Shown here one piece after another: positions 39,615 through 53,160 of a stretch of DNA of 64,000 nucleotides. The notes under the pieces are model-generated. The model had not been told where the DNA came from and did no database searches. It saw only the letters and a list, made by a program, of their open reading frames with translations. The stretch covers positions 84,072,001-84,136,000 of the forward strand of contig NC_043001.1 of assembly GCF_006345805.1 (NCBI RefSeq), read 5' to 3'. The translations under genes and the position numbers were made by a program. Numbering within the stretch: position 1 is the stretch's first letter; each line of letters starts with the position of its first letter. Source of the DNA: Octopus sinensis (lineage: Eukaryota).

Positions 39615-39717
39615 TATAAGACGGGCTTCTTTCAGTTTCCGTCTACCAAGTCCACTCACAAGGCTTTCGCCGGCCCGAGGCTATAGTAGAAGACACTTAC
39701 CCAAAGTGTCACGCAGT
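37289..39717. mobile_element. SINE-B copies: 37289-37670 +, 38500-38700 +, 38789-39198 +, 39376-39717 -
   Basis: Family-B matches separated by microsatellites and unique DNA. Confidence 0.85.
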
Positions 39718-39798
39718 ATCATATTTTCTTATAAGAAATACATTTTAAGACCATGTTGGTCATGTCATTTTAAGACTAACTACTACTACTACTACTAC

Positions 39799-39829
<31 letters not shown>

Positions 39830-39949
39830 CGGTGTCTGCAGCCGCTGAATATTTAAAATGTAGGTGTAATAAGGACGTTAGATTAGCAGAACCGTTTGAC
39901 AAAACTATGCTGCTGTATTTATTGATGGAATAAGTAGTTTACAGAATCA

Positions 39950-40150
39950 TTTGCGGGAGGAGATCGAAACTGACATTTCAGAGTTCTTCGCTTTGAAACC
40001 AAAAGAGTTTTACATTGATTGGGATTAAAAAGCTTGTAAATAGATGGAAGGAAGTCATAGATAATCAGGGAAAGTACATTGATGATTAAATTTCAATTAA
40101 ATATAGCATTTGAGCTCTTGTTTCTTTTATTCACTTATGGGATGACCTGA
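39950..40150 (+). mobile_element. Mariner transposon 3' remnant
   Basis: ISEFFALKPKEFY..GIKKLVNRWKEVIDNQGKYIDD* then TIR-like cacttatgggatgacctga-TA. Confidence 0.8.
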
Positions 40151-40152
40151 TA

Positions 40153-40191
<39 letters not shown>

Positions 40192-40328
40192 AATGTTGAA
40201 GTGAATCTAACGGTTTTTTGTGCGTTTTTCAAATGGCTTATAACACCTTCCACACTGAATTTGTTTTTTTGTTCGGCACACGACCTGAGAATAAGTCACT
40301 TGCTATGCAAGTATATTTCTGTAATATC

Positions 40329-40419
<91 letters not shown>

Positions 40420-40519
40420 ATATCTATATATATAATCTATATATTATATATATTATATATATATATATATGATGCCTATATATCCCGAAAGGCTAAAATC
40501 ATGTATTTGAAAATTAGTA

Positions 40520-40564
<45 letters not shown>

Positions 40565-40623
40565 CAGACACACACAAACACCAAAAACTCCACTCTGTCT
40601 TCTCTCTGTCTTTCTCTCTGTCC

Positions 40624-40684
<61 letters not shown>

Positions 40685-40999
40685 CCATGCACGCAGAGCA
40701 TGATAGATAGACGGTATCCACTCATGGTAGATAGTTTGAATCTTACCTTCCGTAGTAGCTAGCTTGTCTATAGCTATCCGTGTCAGAAAGTTAGTCTGTA
40801 ACCCTTTTACTGAGAAAATCAGATATATCCACTCAAAATTTCCTTATACTTAAATACAAAAAGCAGTTTTATCACACCAGTCTGTCTTTTGTTAAAGAAT
40901 GTCAAGATTGAAACTGTAATATTTTGTTGAGATGTTTCAAGTTTATTTAGACAACTTGAGTTTCTGAAAATGCCAAGTCTATTTTTTGCTATATATAGC

Positions 41000-41225
41000 C
41001 GTGGATGTGTGGTAAGAAGCATGCTTCTCAACAACATGGTTCTGGGTTTAGTCCCACTGCGTAGCACCTGGGGCAAGTCACTTCTGTTATAGTCTCGGGT
41101 CGGCCAAAGCCTTGTGAGTAGATTTGGTAGACGAAACTGAAAGAAGACCGCCGTGTTTGTATATTTGCATTTTATATTTTTATAATTGTACTTTATAATC
41201 TCTGACGAGGCCTTGAGATATATAT

Positions 41226-41263
<38 letters not shown>

Positions 41264-41549
41264 GATATATATATAAGTTAATTCATTTTTAACTGCATAT
41301 TACCTCAATACATCTGACTAATATAGGCACAGTGAGATATCTTTATCTACAAGGCTGAAACAGCTGTAAGATCTATTTTATATGTATTATTTTTATGGTA
41401 TTATCTTACTTATTGATGTATATTGTATTATTATGTTTTTTTTCTGTTGGATTTGGATGTTCCTATTTAAGTAGTTAATAAATAATATGAATTGGTATTA
41501 TCTGTAAGTCGATGATTGAAAGGAATCTGTTCCGCCATTTTCTTATTTG

Positions 41550-41584
<35 letters not shown>

Positions 41585-41800
41585 ACACATACATACATGG
41601 ATATGTTTGTGTTGTCATCGCTTGACAACTGATGTTGGTGTGTTTATGTCCCCGTAACTTAACGCTTCGGCAAAAGAAACCTGTAGAATAAGTACTAGGC
41701 TTACAAAGAATAAGTCCTGGGTTCGATTTGTTCGACTGATGGTGGTGCTCCAGCATGACCACAGTCAAAATGACTGAAACAAATAGAAGAGTAAAGAGTA
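41000..41800 (+). mobile_element. SINE-B split by a hammerhead-bearing insertion
   Basis: 5' half at 41000-41155, 3' half at 41600-41800. Confidence 0.75.
41198..41372 (+). ncRNA. Type I hammerhead-like motif with (TA)n-expanded stem II loop
   Basis: Stem I ATCT/AGAT; CTGACGA 41202-41208; stem II GGCCTTG-AGATA / TATCT-a-CAAGGCT; GAAA 41357-41360; C-AGCT-G; GUA triplet. Confidence 0.75.
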
Positions 41801-42721
41801 ACACACACACACACACACACATATGTATATAAATATATGTATACATGTATGTGTGTGTATGTATCTGTTTATCTATGTATATCGATATGTGTGTATCTGT
41901 GTTTGTCTTTTCCACCGCTTGACAACCGGTGTTAGCGTGTTTACGTTCCCGTTACTTAGCAATGCAGCAAAGAGACCGATAGAATAAATACCAAGCTTAA
42001 AAAATAGCCATGGGGCCGTAGTAAAATGACTGAAAGAAGTAAAAGATATAAGCTATAAGATAATTACAATAGTGTTGTTATTGGTGTTTGGATCAAACCT
42101 GAATCGCGTAAATCTATAATTAAAGGCGTTCCAGCCGTGACTATGCCATCTTTTTATCAGTCTCTGGGACTACATAATTTAATGTAACATTTTCTTTATT
42201 AAGTCAGTAAGGTATAAATTAAAGGGATATATAGTTGTTATTTCTGGTATTTTGATCTACCACAAAATGAGAGACTCTTTATCAGTGGCAGCTATTTGGA
42301 CATAGCGCATTACTGGTCCAGAATTTGATCCAGTGACTTTTGGTTGGCGGTGCCCTGCACTGTTTCTTGAACTCTTCATTAAAGACGAAGAGCAGAGGAA
42401 AGTTACTCGTATGTAACGCAGCCTCGTGAGAAAAAAAAAACGAAGTACGTTTTCTTAAGTCCGGAAAAGAACAATAAGAGTCAGTTGTGATCGATGTATA
42501 GAAATAGCTCCCCTATCAATCGGTGCACGGTTTACTGTATGTATAAACTGACATGTACCACAACGATTGCCATTGTTCTTAGATATTGTGAGGTTTTATC
42601 GGTGTTGTTTAGATCAGTGCTTCTCAAAGTGGTGGTCCGCGAGCTATCAGCTGCCGGTACGCGGAGACTTTCCAGAAAAAAAAGGAACATTATAAAATGC
42701 TGATGTAATATTGTATTATAT

Positions 42722-43125
42722 ACTCTTTTACTCTTTTACTTGTTTCAGTCATTTGACTGCGGCCATGCTGGAGCACCGTCTTTTGTCGAGAAAATAGACT
42801 CAGTGACTTATTATTTGTAAGCCCAGTACTTATTCTATCGGGATCTTTTGTCGAACTGATAAGTTACGGGGACATAAACACACCACCATCGGTTGTCAAG
42901 CAATGCTAGGGCGACAAACACAGACACACAAACATACACACACACACATACATATATACATATATACGACGGGCTTCTTTCAGTTTCCGTCTACCAAATC
43001 CACTCCCAAGGCTTTGGTCAGCCCGAAGCTATAGTAGAAGACACTTGCCCAAGGTTCCACGCAGTGGGACTGAACCCAGAACCATGTGGTTGGTAAGCAA
43101 GCTACTTACCACACAGCCACTCCTA
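42722..43125 (-). mobile_element. SINE-B, full length
   Basis: Family-B reverse complement. Confidence 0.9.
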
Positions 43126-44127
43126 CAAAATAAATATAAGATGAAAAAAATTTTCAAATTTTATTATATTCTTTATATATATTGTTTCCGGTATAAATTG
43201 ATATTACTAAAAATATTACCGGTTCCTGGCACATTGGAAAAAAACTACCTAAACGCGACATCAGATAGTTTGAGAAGCATTGGTTTAGAACAATACAACC
43301 GAGAGGAATCAATTAACAGAAATTTTGTCTTTGTCAACACCTGTTTCAAGTTCGTAGGTCCTCGCTTATTTTTTTTTTAGCAAGCCTGATCCCACTATGC
43401 GGGATCTAGGGCAACTGTTATTTTTGATAGCTTCGCATCAATCCGTATCTTGTGAGTGAAATCGAATAAGCGGAAACAGTGTAGAAGTCCATCGGGAGGA
43501 CTGTATCTGCAATGAAGGTATATGGTGTTGCGCTGATTCTGTTTATGAACTACCTGTAAAGTATTACGTGTGTAGAATCTCGGCTACGTAGACGTTATTT
43601 CAGGAGGAGGTAATTCGGATGATTGAACAAATGAATCGTCATTGTCGAACAACAGTGATTCACCAACACGTACATAAATGCATGCATGCATACATAATAC
43701 ATACATACATGTATACATACATAATACATACATACATATATACATACATACATGCATACACGCATACATTCATACATGCATGTATGCATGCATATATACA
43801 TACATTCGTACATAAATACACAAATACATGCATACATACAGACATGCATACAAACATACATACAAACATACATGCATGCACACATAAATACATACATGCA
43901 TACACACATACATTCATACATACAGATATACATACATGCATACATACGTGCATACATGCATACATTCATACATACAGACATACATACATGCATACATATA
44001 TACATGCATGCATACATGCATACATACAAACATACATACGTACATACAAGCTTACATAAGTAAATACATACATACATACATACATACATGCATACATACA
44101 TACATACATACATACATACATACATAC

Positions 44128-44475
44128 GGGTAAAGGGTAAAGAGCAAAGACTCCTTCGGTTACGAATGGCCATGGGATTGTACCTTGAAAGTTACCTTCC
44201 GAGGCACAAGTCCGGGCAAGGTTGTTTATGGAAGACCAGCAGTCACCCATGCATACCGGCCTCCCCTCTCTATGCCACTGATGTTATCCAAGGGAAAGGC
44301 AGAGGCTGATACGGTTTGGCACCAGTGACGTCGCAACTCATTTCTACAGCTGAGAGAACTGGAACAACGTGAACTAAAGTGTCTTGCTCAAGAACACAAC
44401 GCGCAGCCCGGTCCTGGAATCGAACTCACAACCTCATGATTGTGCGCTCGACGCTCTCACGACTGAACCATGTGC

Positions 44476-44478
<3 letters not shown>
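44128..44478 (-). mobile_element. SINE-D with (tttacc)n tail
   Basis: Matches 36554-36862. Confidence 0.8.
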
Positions 44479-44508
<30 letters not shown>

Positions 44509-44639
44509 CATACGTACAGACAGACAGACAGACAAACATGAATGTCTGTGCTGACGTCACAGTGACAAAAGGTTTTTTCTTAACTACCCAAATGATTTGT
44601 ATTGCCATACGAATCACCAGAATTACCACCGACACTTCA

Positions 44640-44930
44640 TCTTACCACCTCCAACATCCCACCATCACCACCACCACCACCATCACGAACAATAACAAGA
44701 GCAACACTACACCTCGTTTTGCTACCACCATTGCTGCTGCTGCTGGCTGCTCTGCTGCTGCTGCTGCTACTACTACTACTACTACTACTACTATCAAATG
44801 TACCACTACCACCACCACCTCGTTTTACAATCACGACAAACACGGCGACGACGACCACTACCTCAACCACCCTATCACCACCACCACCACCACCACCCCA
44901 CCCACAACAACAACAAAAACAACAACAGCA

Positions 44931-44965
<35 letters not shown>

Positions 44966-44993
44966 CACCACCACCACCACCACCGCCGCCACC

Positions 44994-45028
<35 letters not shown>

Positions 45029-45040
45029 ACCACTACCACT

Positions 45041-45079
<39 letters not shown>

Positions 45080-45890
45080 AATCATTGGCACCAGACATTA
45101 GTAGAGCCACTCTCCCCTCCAGCCCCTCTCATTACTATCCTCTTCAGCTATTTCAACCTACAACAATCAACTACCTGTACTACCACCAACTCACCTGACC
45201 ACTACAACTATCTCCTTACTTTTTCCACCACTAGTAACACTACCACCGACACATGTTGTTCTCTCTCTGCCGAATCTCTACCACGACAGCGACTTCTACG
45301 AGTACTACAGCCGCCACTACATCTCACACTTCAGGACAAGCATTCCTATCATCACCATTATCATTACAACTACCACTACTACCGCGACTACCACCGCCAT
45401 CACCACCAATACCACTACCATGACCACCAATGCCGCCACCAATACCACTATTACTACAACCACCGCCACCTAACAAGCATCACCATTACCATCGTCATCG
45501 CCACCACCACAAACATCACCACCACCGCCACCACTACCACCACCACCACCACCACTACCACCACTACCACCACTACCACGACCACCATCATCATCATCAT
45601 CATCATCGTCATCATCATCATCAGTAGCAGCAGTAGTAGCAGCAGCAAAGCCCCCAAACCACCACCACAACCACATCCAAATACCATTGCCACCATCAAA
45701 ACCATTGCTAACGCTACCACTATCATCATCACCATCACTATTACCCTTCTTCCCCAGCATCACCACCACCACCACCATCACCACCACCACCACCACCATC
45801 ACCACCATCACTAAAACCACCACCACCACCACCACCACCACCACCACCACCACCACCACCACCAGCATCACCACCACGATCACCTCCTCA
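44640..45890. repeat. (CAC/TAC/CAT)n low-complexity tract
   Basis: Visible triplets; source of poly-H/T/P ORFs. Confidence 0.9.
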
Positions 45891-46638
45891 CCGAACCTTC
45901 CCCCACTGAACTCTCCCCCACCTATGTCCTTAGCCACAGGTCATTTAGCGAAACAATCGTTTCACTCACGCGCTCCTAAAAGTATTTATGCACTTCGTCC
46001 CACCCGCCCCGCCCCACCCTACCACCGACCCCGTTGTTTTCAGACACCTTCCTTCACCTTCACTTTTCCCATGACCCCTCTTCTCACAAGGGGACGGCAA
46101 AAAAGGGGCGATAAGAAAGAGCAAACCAGAATGTAATGGAAAATGGGGGGAACAGAGGCGTGGGGTAGGTAAAACCGGAGGGGGTTTTGTTATCAGTCAG
46201 AAGCCTACGGCGATGTGGGCTGTATGCTGTCTCGCTTTCACATACATACATACATACATACATACATACATACATACATACATGCATGCATACATACATA
46301 CATACATACATACATGCATGCATACATACATACATACATACATACATACGTACATACATACATGCATACATGCATACATATATATATACTTACATATATA
46401 CAGACAGACAGACATAGACATACACACACAAACACATATACATATACATACATACATATCCATATCCACACTTACACTGACACACGCATATATGTATGTT
46501 GGTGCGCGTATGTGTGTATATATATGTATGTATACACACAAGCATGCGTACATCCATCCGTCCGTCCGTCCGTCTGTACGTACGTACAAGCATACGCACA
46601 TACATATGTAGGAATATATATGTATATGTATGCATGTA

Positions 46639-46683
<45 letters not shown>

Positions 46684-46872
46684 ATATATATATATATAAT
46701 ATATATATATATAATAATATATATATCATATATGATATATATATAAATACGTATATATACAAGTATACATACACACACACATATATATATACAACACATA
46801 CACACAATATATATGCATACACATGTATACGTACGTACATACATAGATACGGAAAGACAAACTCACAAGACG

Positions 46873-46903
<31 letters not shown>

Positions 46904-47479
46904 GTACTCATATGTACGCCAAATTCCTAAAATACTAATACAGCGCCGGTTACGAATAAATAGATATATACTGACACATCCATACGTGTAATTAAATGAA
47001 AATTTAATTATAAAGAATGATAGCTGCATATTTATGTAATAAACGTGACCATTAAGAAAAAGTATTAATGGTTGGAAGAGGAGATAACTTTCGAAGTTCC
47101 TTCATTGTTAACCGTCGTCAGCAGATGCGTCGTCTTTGGTTTCGCTGGCACAGTAGCCAGTTGTTCGCTATAGAGAAATGCAGTAAAGGGTAAGTAATTG
47201 GAGCTGGAAAATGAAATTAATTAATAAGTTAATTATGGAAAGAGATTTAAAAACATATTTAATGATATAAAGTGGGTTTGTTTTTCACTTTTAAAATATA
47301 TATTCACGGTGTGTTATATACTACAATGTCTAAAACTATATATACTCTGTTGGCAAAGGCTAAGAAAGTAGAAACGTGACGGGCTGTTTTCTGCAAAGCT
47401 TGACGGAAAAATGAAGTCAGCTGATACCGATATTATTTCTAGTCAAGATTTAATCCTCTATGGAAGGTATAACTGTCTG

Positions 47480-47708
47480 GCGGCGAGCTGGCAGAAAAGT
47501 TAGCACGCCGGGCGAAATACTTAGCAGTATTTCGTCTGCCGCTACGTTCTGAGTTCAAATTTCGCCGAGATCGACTTTGCCTTTCATCCTTTCGGGGTCG
47601 ATTAAATAAAGACCAGTTACGCACTGGGGTCGATGTAATCGACTTAATCTGTTTGTCTGTCCTTGTTTGTCCTCTCTGTGTTTAGCCCCTTGTGGGTAAT
47701 AAAGAAAT
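47480..47708 (+). mobile_element. Full-length SINE-A (long tail) with 15-bp TSD
   Basis: aggtataactgtctg at 47465-47479 and 47709-47723. Confidence 0.92.
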
Positions 47709-48032
47709 AGGTATAACTGTCTGAAAACAATAGTATTTTTTTATTCTTTTACATGTTTCAGTCATCTGACTGCGGTCATGCTGGATCACCGCCTTAAAGG
47801 GGTGTTCTTCGTCGAACAAATCGACCCCAGGACTTATTCTTTGTAAGCCTTGTGCTTATTCTCTTTTGCCGAATCGCTAAGGTACGGAGATGTACACACA
47901 CCAACATCGGTTGTGAAACAATGGTGGGAGGACAAACAAGACACACACACACACACACACACAACACACACACACACACACACACACACACTCATACACA
48001 CACACGCACACACACACACACACACACACACT

Positions 48033-48067
<35 letters not shown>

Positions 48068-48070
<3 letters not shown>

Positions 48071-48461
48071 AGGAAAATAAACCAAGGTAGAAAATGCTAA
48101 AATAATTTTATCATGAAGAACATTTTAGTACTGGTTTCAGTCTTTGCGACTTTTACAACTTAGAGTAAAGCACGAAAAACAATTAAATTGTGGAAAAATT
48201 TAATGAAATGTTTTTTAAAATATATTTCCATAGTTTTCAAATGCAAGGGACATTTTCTTTTTTTCTGTCTGTCTCAAAAAAGGAAAATGTCCCTTGCGTT
48301 TGAAAACTATGGAAATATTTTAAAAAAACATGTAAATTTTCCACAATTGCTTTTCATGATTTACTCTTCAGTTGAAAAAGTCGCAATGACTGAAACCGGT
48401 ACTAAAATGTTTTTCATGATAAAATTATTTTAGTATTTTCTACCTTGGCTTATTTTCCTTA
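48068..48461. mobile_element. Fold-back element, about 190-bp arms (48068-48263 / 48276-48461), U3-A8 hammerhead-like motif at 48367-48406 (+) and decayed copy at 48124-48163 (-)
   Basis: TTCAG-TTGAAAA-AGTC gcaat GACT-GAAA-ccgg-TA-CTAAA; ends taaggaaaa/ttttcctta like the PLE arms. Confidence 0.75.
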
Positions 48462-48504
48462 TACATATCAACTCGTGCGTTCCTTTTCAACCATATATAT
48501 ATAT

Positions 48505-48685
48505 ATTTTTTCCCTCTGTCTTCCCTTCTCGGGATCTTTCCTTCTCCTTTGTTTCCGACGAAGAGCTCCGCTCGAAACGTTAAACCCTCCTTCCCTTCTT
48601 TCCTGAGCGTCCAATAATACTTTATTTGTTCCACGTCCTCGCGTTGCTGTGTTTTGTTTTGTGTTTTCTTGTTTGGATTAACTTT
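48505..48685 (+). mobile_element. Third copy of the CCGACGA hammerhead-like element (motif 48551-48585)
   Basis: Motif identical to 27001-27035. Confidence 0.7.
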
Positions 48686-48945
48686 ATATATATATAAATC
48701 TACAATTTAAAAATAGGATAAAATTTTCATAAGAATTTATCAAATAGTCAGCGTGAAAAACCTCATAAGAGAAAAAATCCACCAATTTTTTCACTTAGAT
48801 ATATTTATTTATATTATATGGAGGGCATTGTTACACATAAATGCCACACGCTAGGAGGGACTCTTAAAGTTAAAACTACTAAAATAAATAAACATATCGT
48901 ACCGAATGCAACTCTCGAAGCAAGTCATTTAAAAACCGAATTCAG

Positions 48946-49007
48946 CTGCAGATCACTGTGATTTCGTAATCAGTGCAGTGTTTTGCACTCTTTACTCGTC
49001 AGTGCAA
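48946..49007 (-). ncRNA. Type I hammerhead ribozyme motif (canonical core)
   Basis: Minus strand TTGCA-CTGACGA-GTAA..GTGCA aaacac TGCAC..TTAC-GAAA-TCAC a GTGA-TC-TGCAG; G10.1-C11.1; AUC triplet. Confidence 0.88.
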
Positions 49008-49310
49008 GCATAATTCAAGATTTATAATGAATGATCAAAATCAACATACCAGACGAACAACCATCGTTGGACTTATTCTTCGTAAGCATAGTACTTATTC
49101 TATCGGTCTCTTTTGCCGAACCGATAAGTTACGGGGACGTAAATACCAACATCGGTTGTCAAGCGATGGTGAGGGAACGGATAACCATAGACACACAAAT
49201 ACATATACTTATATAAACACACGCACACACACACATACACACATATGTGTATATGTATATATACACATATATAAGGCGGCGAGTGTATATGTATATATAC
49301 ACATATATTA

Positions 49311-49541
49311 AGGCGGGGAGCTGGCAGAATCGTTAGCACGCCGGGCGAATTGCGTAGCCGTATTTCGTCTGCCGTTACGTTCTGGGTTCAAATTCCGCCG
49401 AGGTCGACTTTGCCTTTCATCCTTTCGGGGTCGATAAATTAAGGACCAGTTACGCACTGGGGTCGATATAATCGACTTAATCTGTTTGTCTGTCCTTGTT
49501 TGTCCCCTCTGTGTTTAGCCCCTTGTGGGTAGTAAAGAAAT
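49311..49541 (+). mobile_element. Full-length SINE-A (long tail)
   Basis: Close to family consensus. Confidence 0.9.
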
Positions 49542-49585
49542 ATATATGTATATATGTATGTGTGCGTGTATATATATATATATAT

Positions 49586-49624
<39 letters not shown>

Positions 49625-50033
49625 GCACGTGTAGTTAAAATTTGCGTAAGAACAAAAGACGGAGATAGGTGTGTGAACAACAAGCAGGTGTATTAGTTTG
49701 ACGCTCGGAAAAGTGAGACAGTCTTTTACGTTTCGAACATATGCTCTTCAACAGACAAGAATAAGAGAAAATAAGCAAAGAGAGATTATAAGAACTTGTG
49801 AATTTAGCGGTCAAGCTTGGCGATTGGTTGGAAAAGAAAAGGTTTGACAATAGAGGTAGAAAGAAGGGGAGATAATAAAAGTATTGGTTATCCACCAAAG
49901 AAGGTGCATGTGCATATGTGTGCGTAGGAGAATGTGTGTGTGTGTGGATAGGAATTAGTGTCTTTGACGTGTGTGGATGTGTGCGTGTGTAAGTGTGCGC
50001 GTCTGTAATGTGTGCGTGCGTGTGTGTGTGTGT

Positions 50034-50068
<35 letters not shown>

Positions 50069-50149
50069 GGCGGCGATTACTGCTTTGGCAGTCAGAACAA
50101 GGAGCTGGGTGACAGAACGCTGAAGTAAACGAAATCAAATATTGATTTC

Positions 50150-50548
50150 AAATTTTGGCACAAGGCCACCAAGTTTAGGGAAGGGAATGAATCGATTATA
50201 TCGACCCCAGTGCTGAACTGGTCTCTGTTTTATCGATCCTGAAAGGATGAAGAACAAAGTCGACCGCGGCGGAGTTTGAAATCAGAACAGGAAGACGAAC
50301 GAAATGCCGCTAAGCATTTCGTCCGGCGTGCTAATGATTCTGCCAGCTCAGCGCCTTCCGAAATATTTAGTTACAGCAACATGTATGCTTGTGCATTCGT
50401 CATTATTATAATAGGTTGCTTCGTCGGGGTCGACTTCGCCTTTCATCCTTTCAGGGTCGATAAATTAAGTAACAGTTGCATACTGGAGTCAATCTAATCG
50501 CCTGGCCCCCTCCCACCAAATTTCAGGCCTTGTGCCTATAGTAGAAAG
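50150..50548. mobile_element. SINE-A copies (50150-50357 -, 50420-50548 +)
   Basis: Family-A core. Confidence 0.8.
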
Positions 50549-50567
50549 TAGGCTGCTGGATGAATTA

Positions 50568-51056
50568 GGAGGTTGTGCTGAAAAGTACCTGGCTCTGAGT
50601 AAAAGAAAACACAGGAGGTTCAGTTAATTATGATTTTATTCAAAATATTCCCCTCTCAGATTCGGAGACACGTGGCTTAGTGGTTAGGGTATTGAACTCA
50701 TGATCGTAAGATTGTGGTTTCGATTCTTGGACCGAGCGATGCGGTGTGTCCTTGAGCAGAATACTTCATTCCACGTTGCTGCAGTCCACTCAGCTGGCAA
50801 AACTGAATAATCCTTCGAAGGACCGGCGTCCCGTCCATGGTGGGGAGTTTATACGCAATGGAGACCGAGAAACCGGGCCTTGAGAATGCATGACCAGCGA
50901 AGGTATCTTTATTTTACCTTTAGCTCTCACATTCACACACTCATTACAGCGGTCATTCAGTTTTTCTAAGCCTTGCAAAAAGAACTGGGAAGGTTGGGCC
51001 TCCAGCCAGGCCTTTCGCAACATCGTTAAAGCCAAGAGCTATTCAGTAACCCCTCG
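50568..51056 (-). mobile_element. Internally deleted mariner (MITE-like) with nested SINE-D-headed insertion at 50664-50923
   Basis: TA-flanked TIRs ggaggttgtgctgaaaagtacctggct / agccaagagctattcagtaacccctcg; AWLEAQPSQFFLQGLEKL..CV..GEYFE; nested TSD ctctcagattc (50653-50663) / ctctcacattc (50924-50934). Confidence 0.8.
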
Positions 51057-51080
51057 TATGGCTGAACAGCGAATGCAAGT

Positions 51081-51452
51081 GGAGGCGCAATGACCCAGTG
51101 GTTAGGGCAGCGGACTCGTGGTTGGAGGATCGCGGTTTCGATTCCCAGACTGGGCGTTGTGTGTGCTTATTGTGCGAAAACACCTAAAGCTCCACGAGGC
51201 TCCAGCAGTGGGTGGTGGAGACCCCTGTTGTACTCTTTCGCTCCAACTTTCTCTCACTCTTTCTTCCTGTTTCTTGTCCCCGACTTCCTACGCAACCGCT
51301 GAGCCTGGATGCGCATTCATCCATCCGTCGATGCTCACGGTGTCGGGGGTTGACCTGCTTTCTCTTCTGCGGGTCTTACGAATAGCAAAGAACCACGTTT
51401 CGGACTTCTCCCATCTTGCGAGCTCTGGGACGAAGACCGTTCGCTCAACAGC
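51081..51452 (+). mobile_element. SINE-C with third tail type and 16-bp TSD
   Basis: aacagcgaatgcaagt at 51065-51080 and 51453-51468. Confidence 0.88.
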
Positions 51453-51631
51453 AACAGCGAATGCAAGTTTACGTCTAAGCAAAAAGTGCAACTATAATTA
51501 TGCATAACATATGAGTGTATTTTATAAGGAGAGAAAAAACTTCTTCTCTCACGTGTACCTTTGATATCATTGCGATTCTAATTATTTTAAGTGCAACATA
51601 TACGCCTTTAGAGAAAAAATGTATGTATTTG

Positions 51632-51668
<37 letters not shown>

Positions 51669-51734
51669 ATATATATATATTATATATATATATATATAAT
51701 ATTATATATAATATATATATATAGATAGATAGAT

Positions 51735-52215
51735 AGATAAGGGCAGAAGAAAATTCTAATGCCAGATACGCCGAAACAAAAAATTGTCGATAACCATTAA
51801 ATTTATGCGTCTCGAAACAAACCGATAGAAATCTCTAAAAAAATTCGTTATTACCGTATTGGTCCAATTTCGGGGTTAATTCACAAGAAAATTTCCCCTC
51901 TTCAGCGGCAAATACGCGAGATATAAATGAAATACTTACTCATACCCAGAGGGGAAAATTTCTTGTGAATTAACCCTGAAATTGGACCAATACGGTAATA
52001 ACGAATTTTTTTAGAGATTTCTATCGGTTTGTTTCGAGACGCATAAATTTAATGGCTATCGACAATTTTTTGTTTCGGCGTATCTGGCATTAGAATTTTT
52101 CTTCTCCCCTTATCTTGTAAATTATGTACAAATTTTACCTTTAAAGGCATTTTTTGATATGCTGGCCATTGATAAAATTTTTTTCCCGAAAAAAATTTTA
52201 TCCTATATTAATTAT
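51735..52215. mobile_element. Fold-back element, about 165-bp near-perfect arms (51735-51900 / 51948-52115), in (TA)n
   Basis: Direct reverse-complement match; 3' extension ..ttgataaaatt..aaaattttatccta resembles 48700-48760 (-). Confidence 0.85.
51851..51911 (-). ncRNA. Type I hammerhead ribozyme motif (canonical core)
   Basis: Minus strand TTGCCG-CTGAAGA-GGGG..CCCC-GAAA-TTGG a CCAA-TA-CGGTAA; AUA triplet. Confidence 0.88.
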
Positions 52216-52317
52216 ATATATATATATATAATTAATAATAAATATTAGGGAATAAATCCAAATTTACAGGGAAAAATCAGATTTAGGATTGAATCCAATT
52301 TTATAGTAAAATATTAT

Positions 52318-52530
52318 ATTATATTAAATTAGAGACAAAACCACTATTATGCAAATCAAACAAAGAAAGACTTAAGCCAAAACATAAATTAATTTATATA
52401 AATTTAGAAATTTAACAATTATAAATAACCACTACGATCGTGGTTATTTATAATTGTTAAATTTCTAATTTATATAAATTAATTTTTTTGTTTGTTTGCA
52501 TAATAGTGGTTTTGTCTCTAATTAATATAA
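52318..52530. repeat. AT-rich palindrome centred at about 52437
   Basis: ..aattataaataaccac/gtggttatttataatt.. and attagagacaaaaccactattatgcaaa/tttgcataatagtggttttgtctctaat. Confidence 0.85.
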
Positions 52531-52531
52531 A

Positions 52532-52563
<32 letters not shown>

Positions 52564-52713
52564 TATATATATTATATAATATATATATATATATATAATT
52601 GTATGTATGTATGTATGTGTGTATGTATGTATGTAAGTATGTATGTGTGTATGTGAGGTGTGTGTGTTAGTATGTGTATGCATATATGTAAGTACATATT
52701 TATATATTATATA

Positions 52714-52744
<31 letters not shown>

Positions 52745-52754
52745 AATAATAATG

Positions 52755-52817
<63 letters not shown>

Positions 52818-53124
52818 GTAATAATAATAATCACAACCACAACAACAACAATAAAACACGTGTGTGTTAGTGTGTGAGTGAGTGTGTGTGTATGTGTGTG
52901 CATGCATATTTGTGTGTATGCGTGTGTGCGTGTGTGTGTTTGTGTGTGCAAAATAGTCCATTATATTTCACGTTTAGACATATCTTTTTTTGTCTGGGTG
53001 TGTGGGTGTTAATATTTACGTATACAAACATAATTATATGATTTAATATAGTTAGGGGCTAATTTCGAACCAGTTTATTAATTTATCAGTTGTACACCGT
53101 TGAAGACACACATATACATGTATG

Positions 53125-53160
<36 letters not shown>

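Noticed and set aside
47088-47137. Minus-strand CTGACGA...GAAA hammerhead candidate
   Set aside because: Stem I and stem II do not pair
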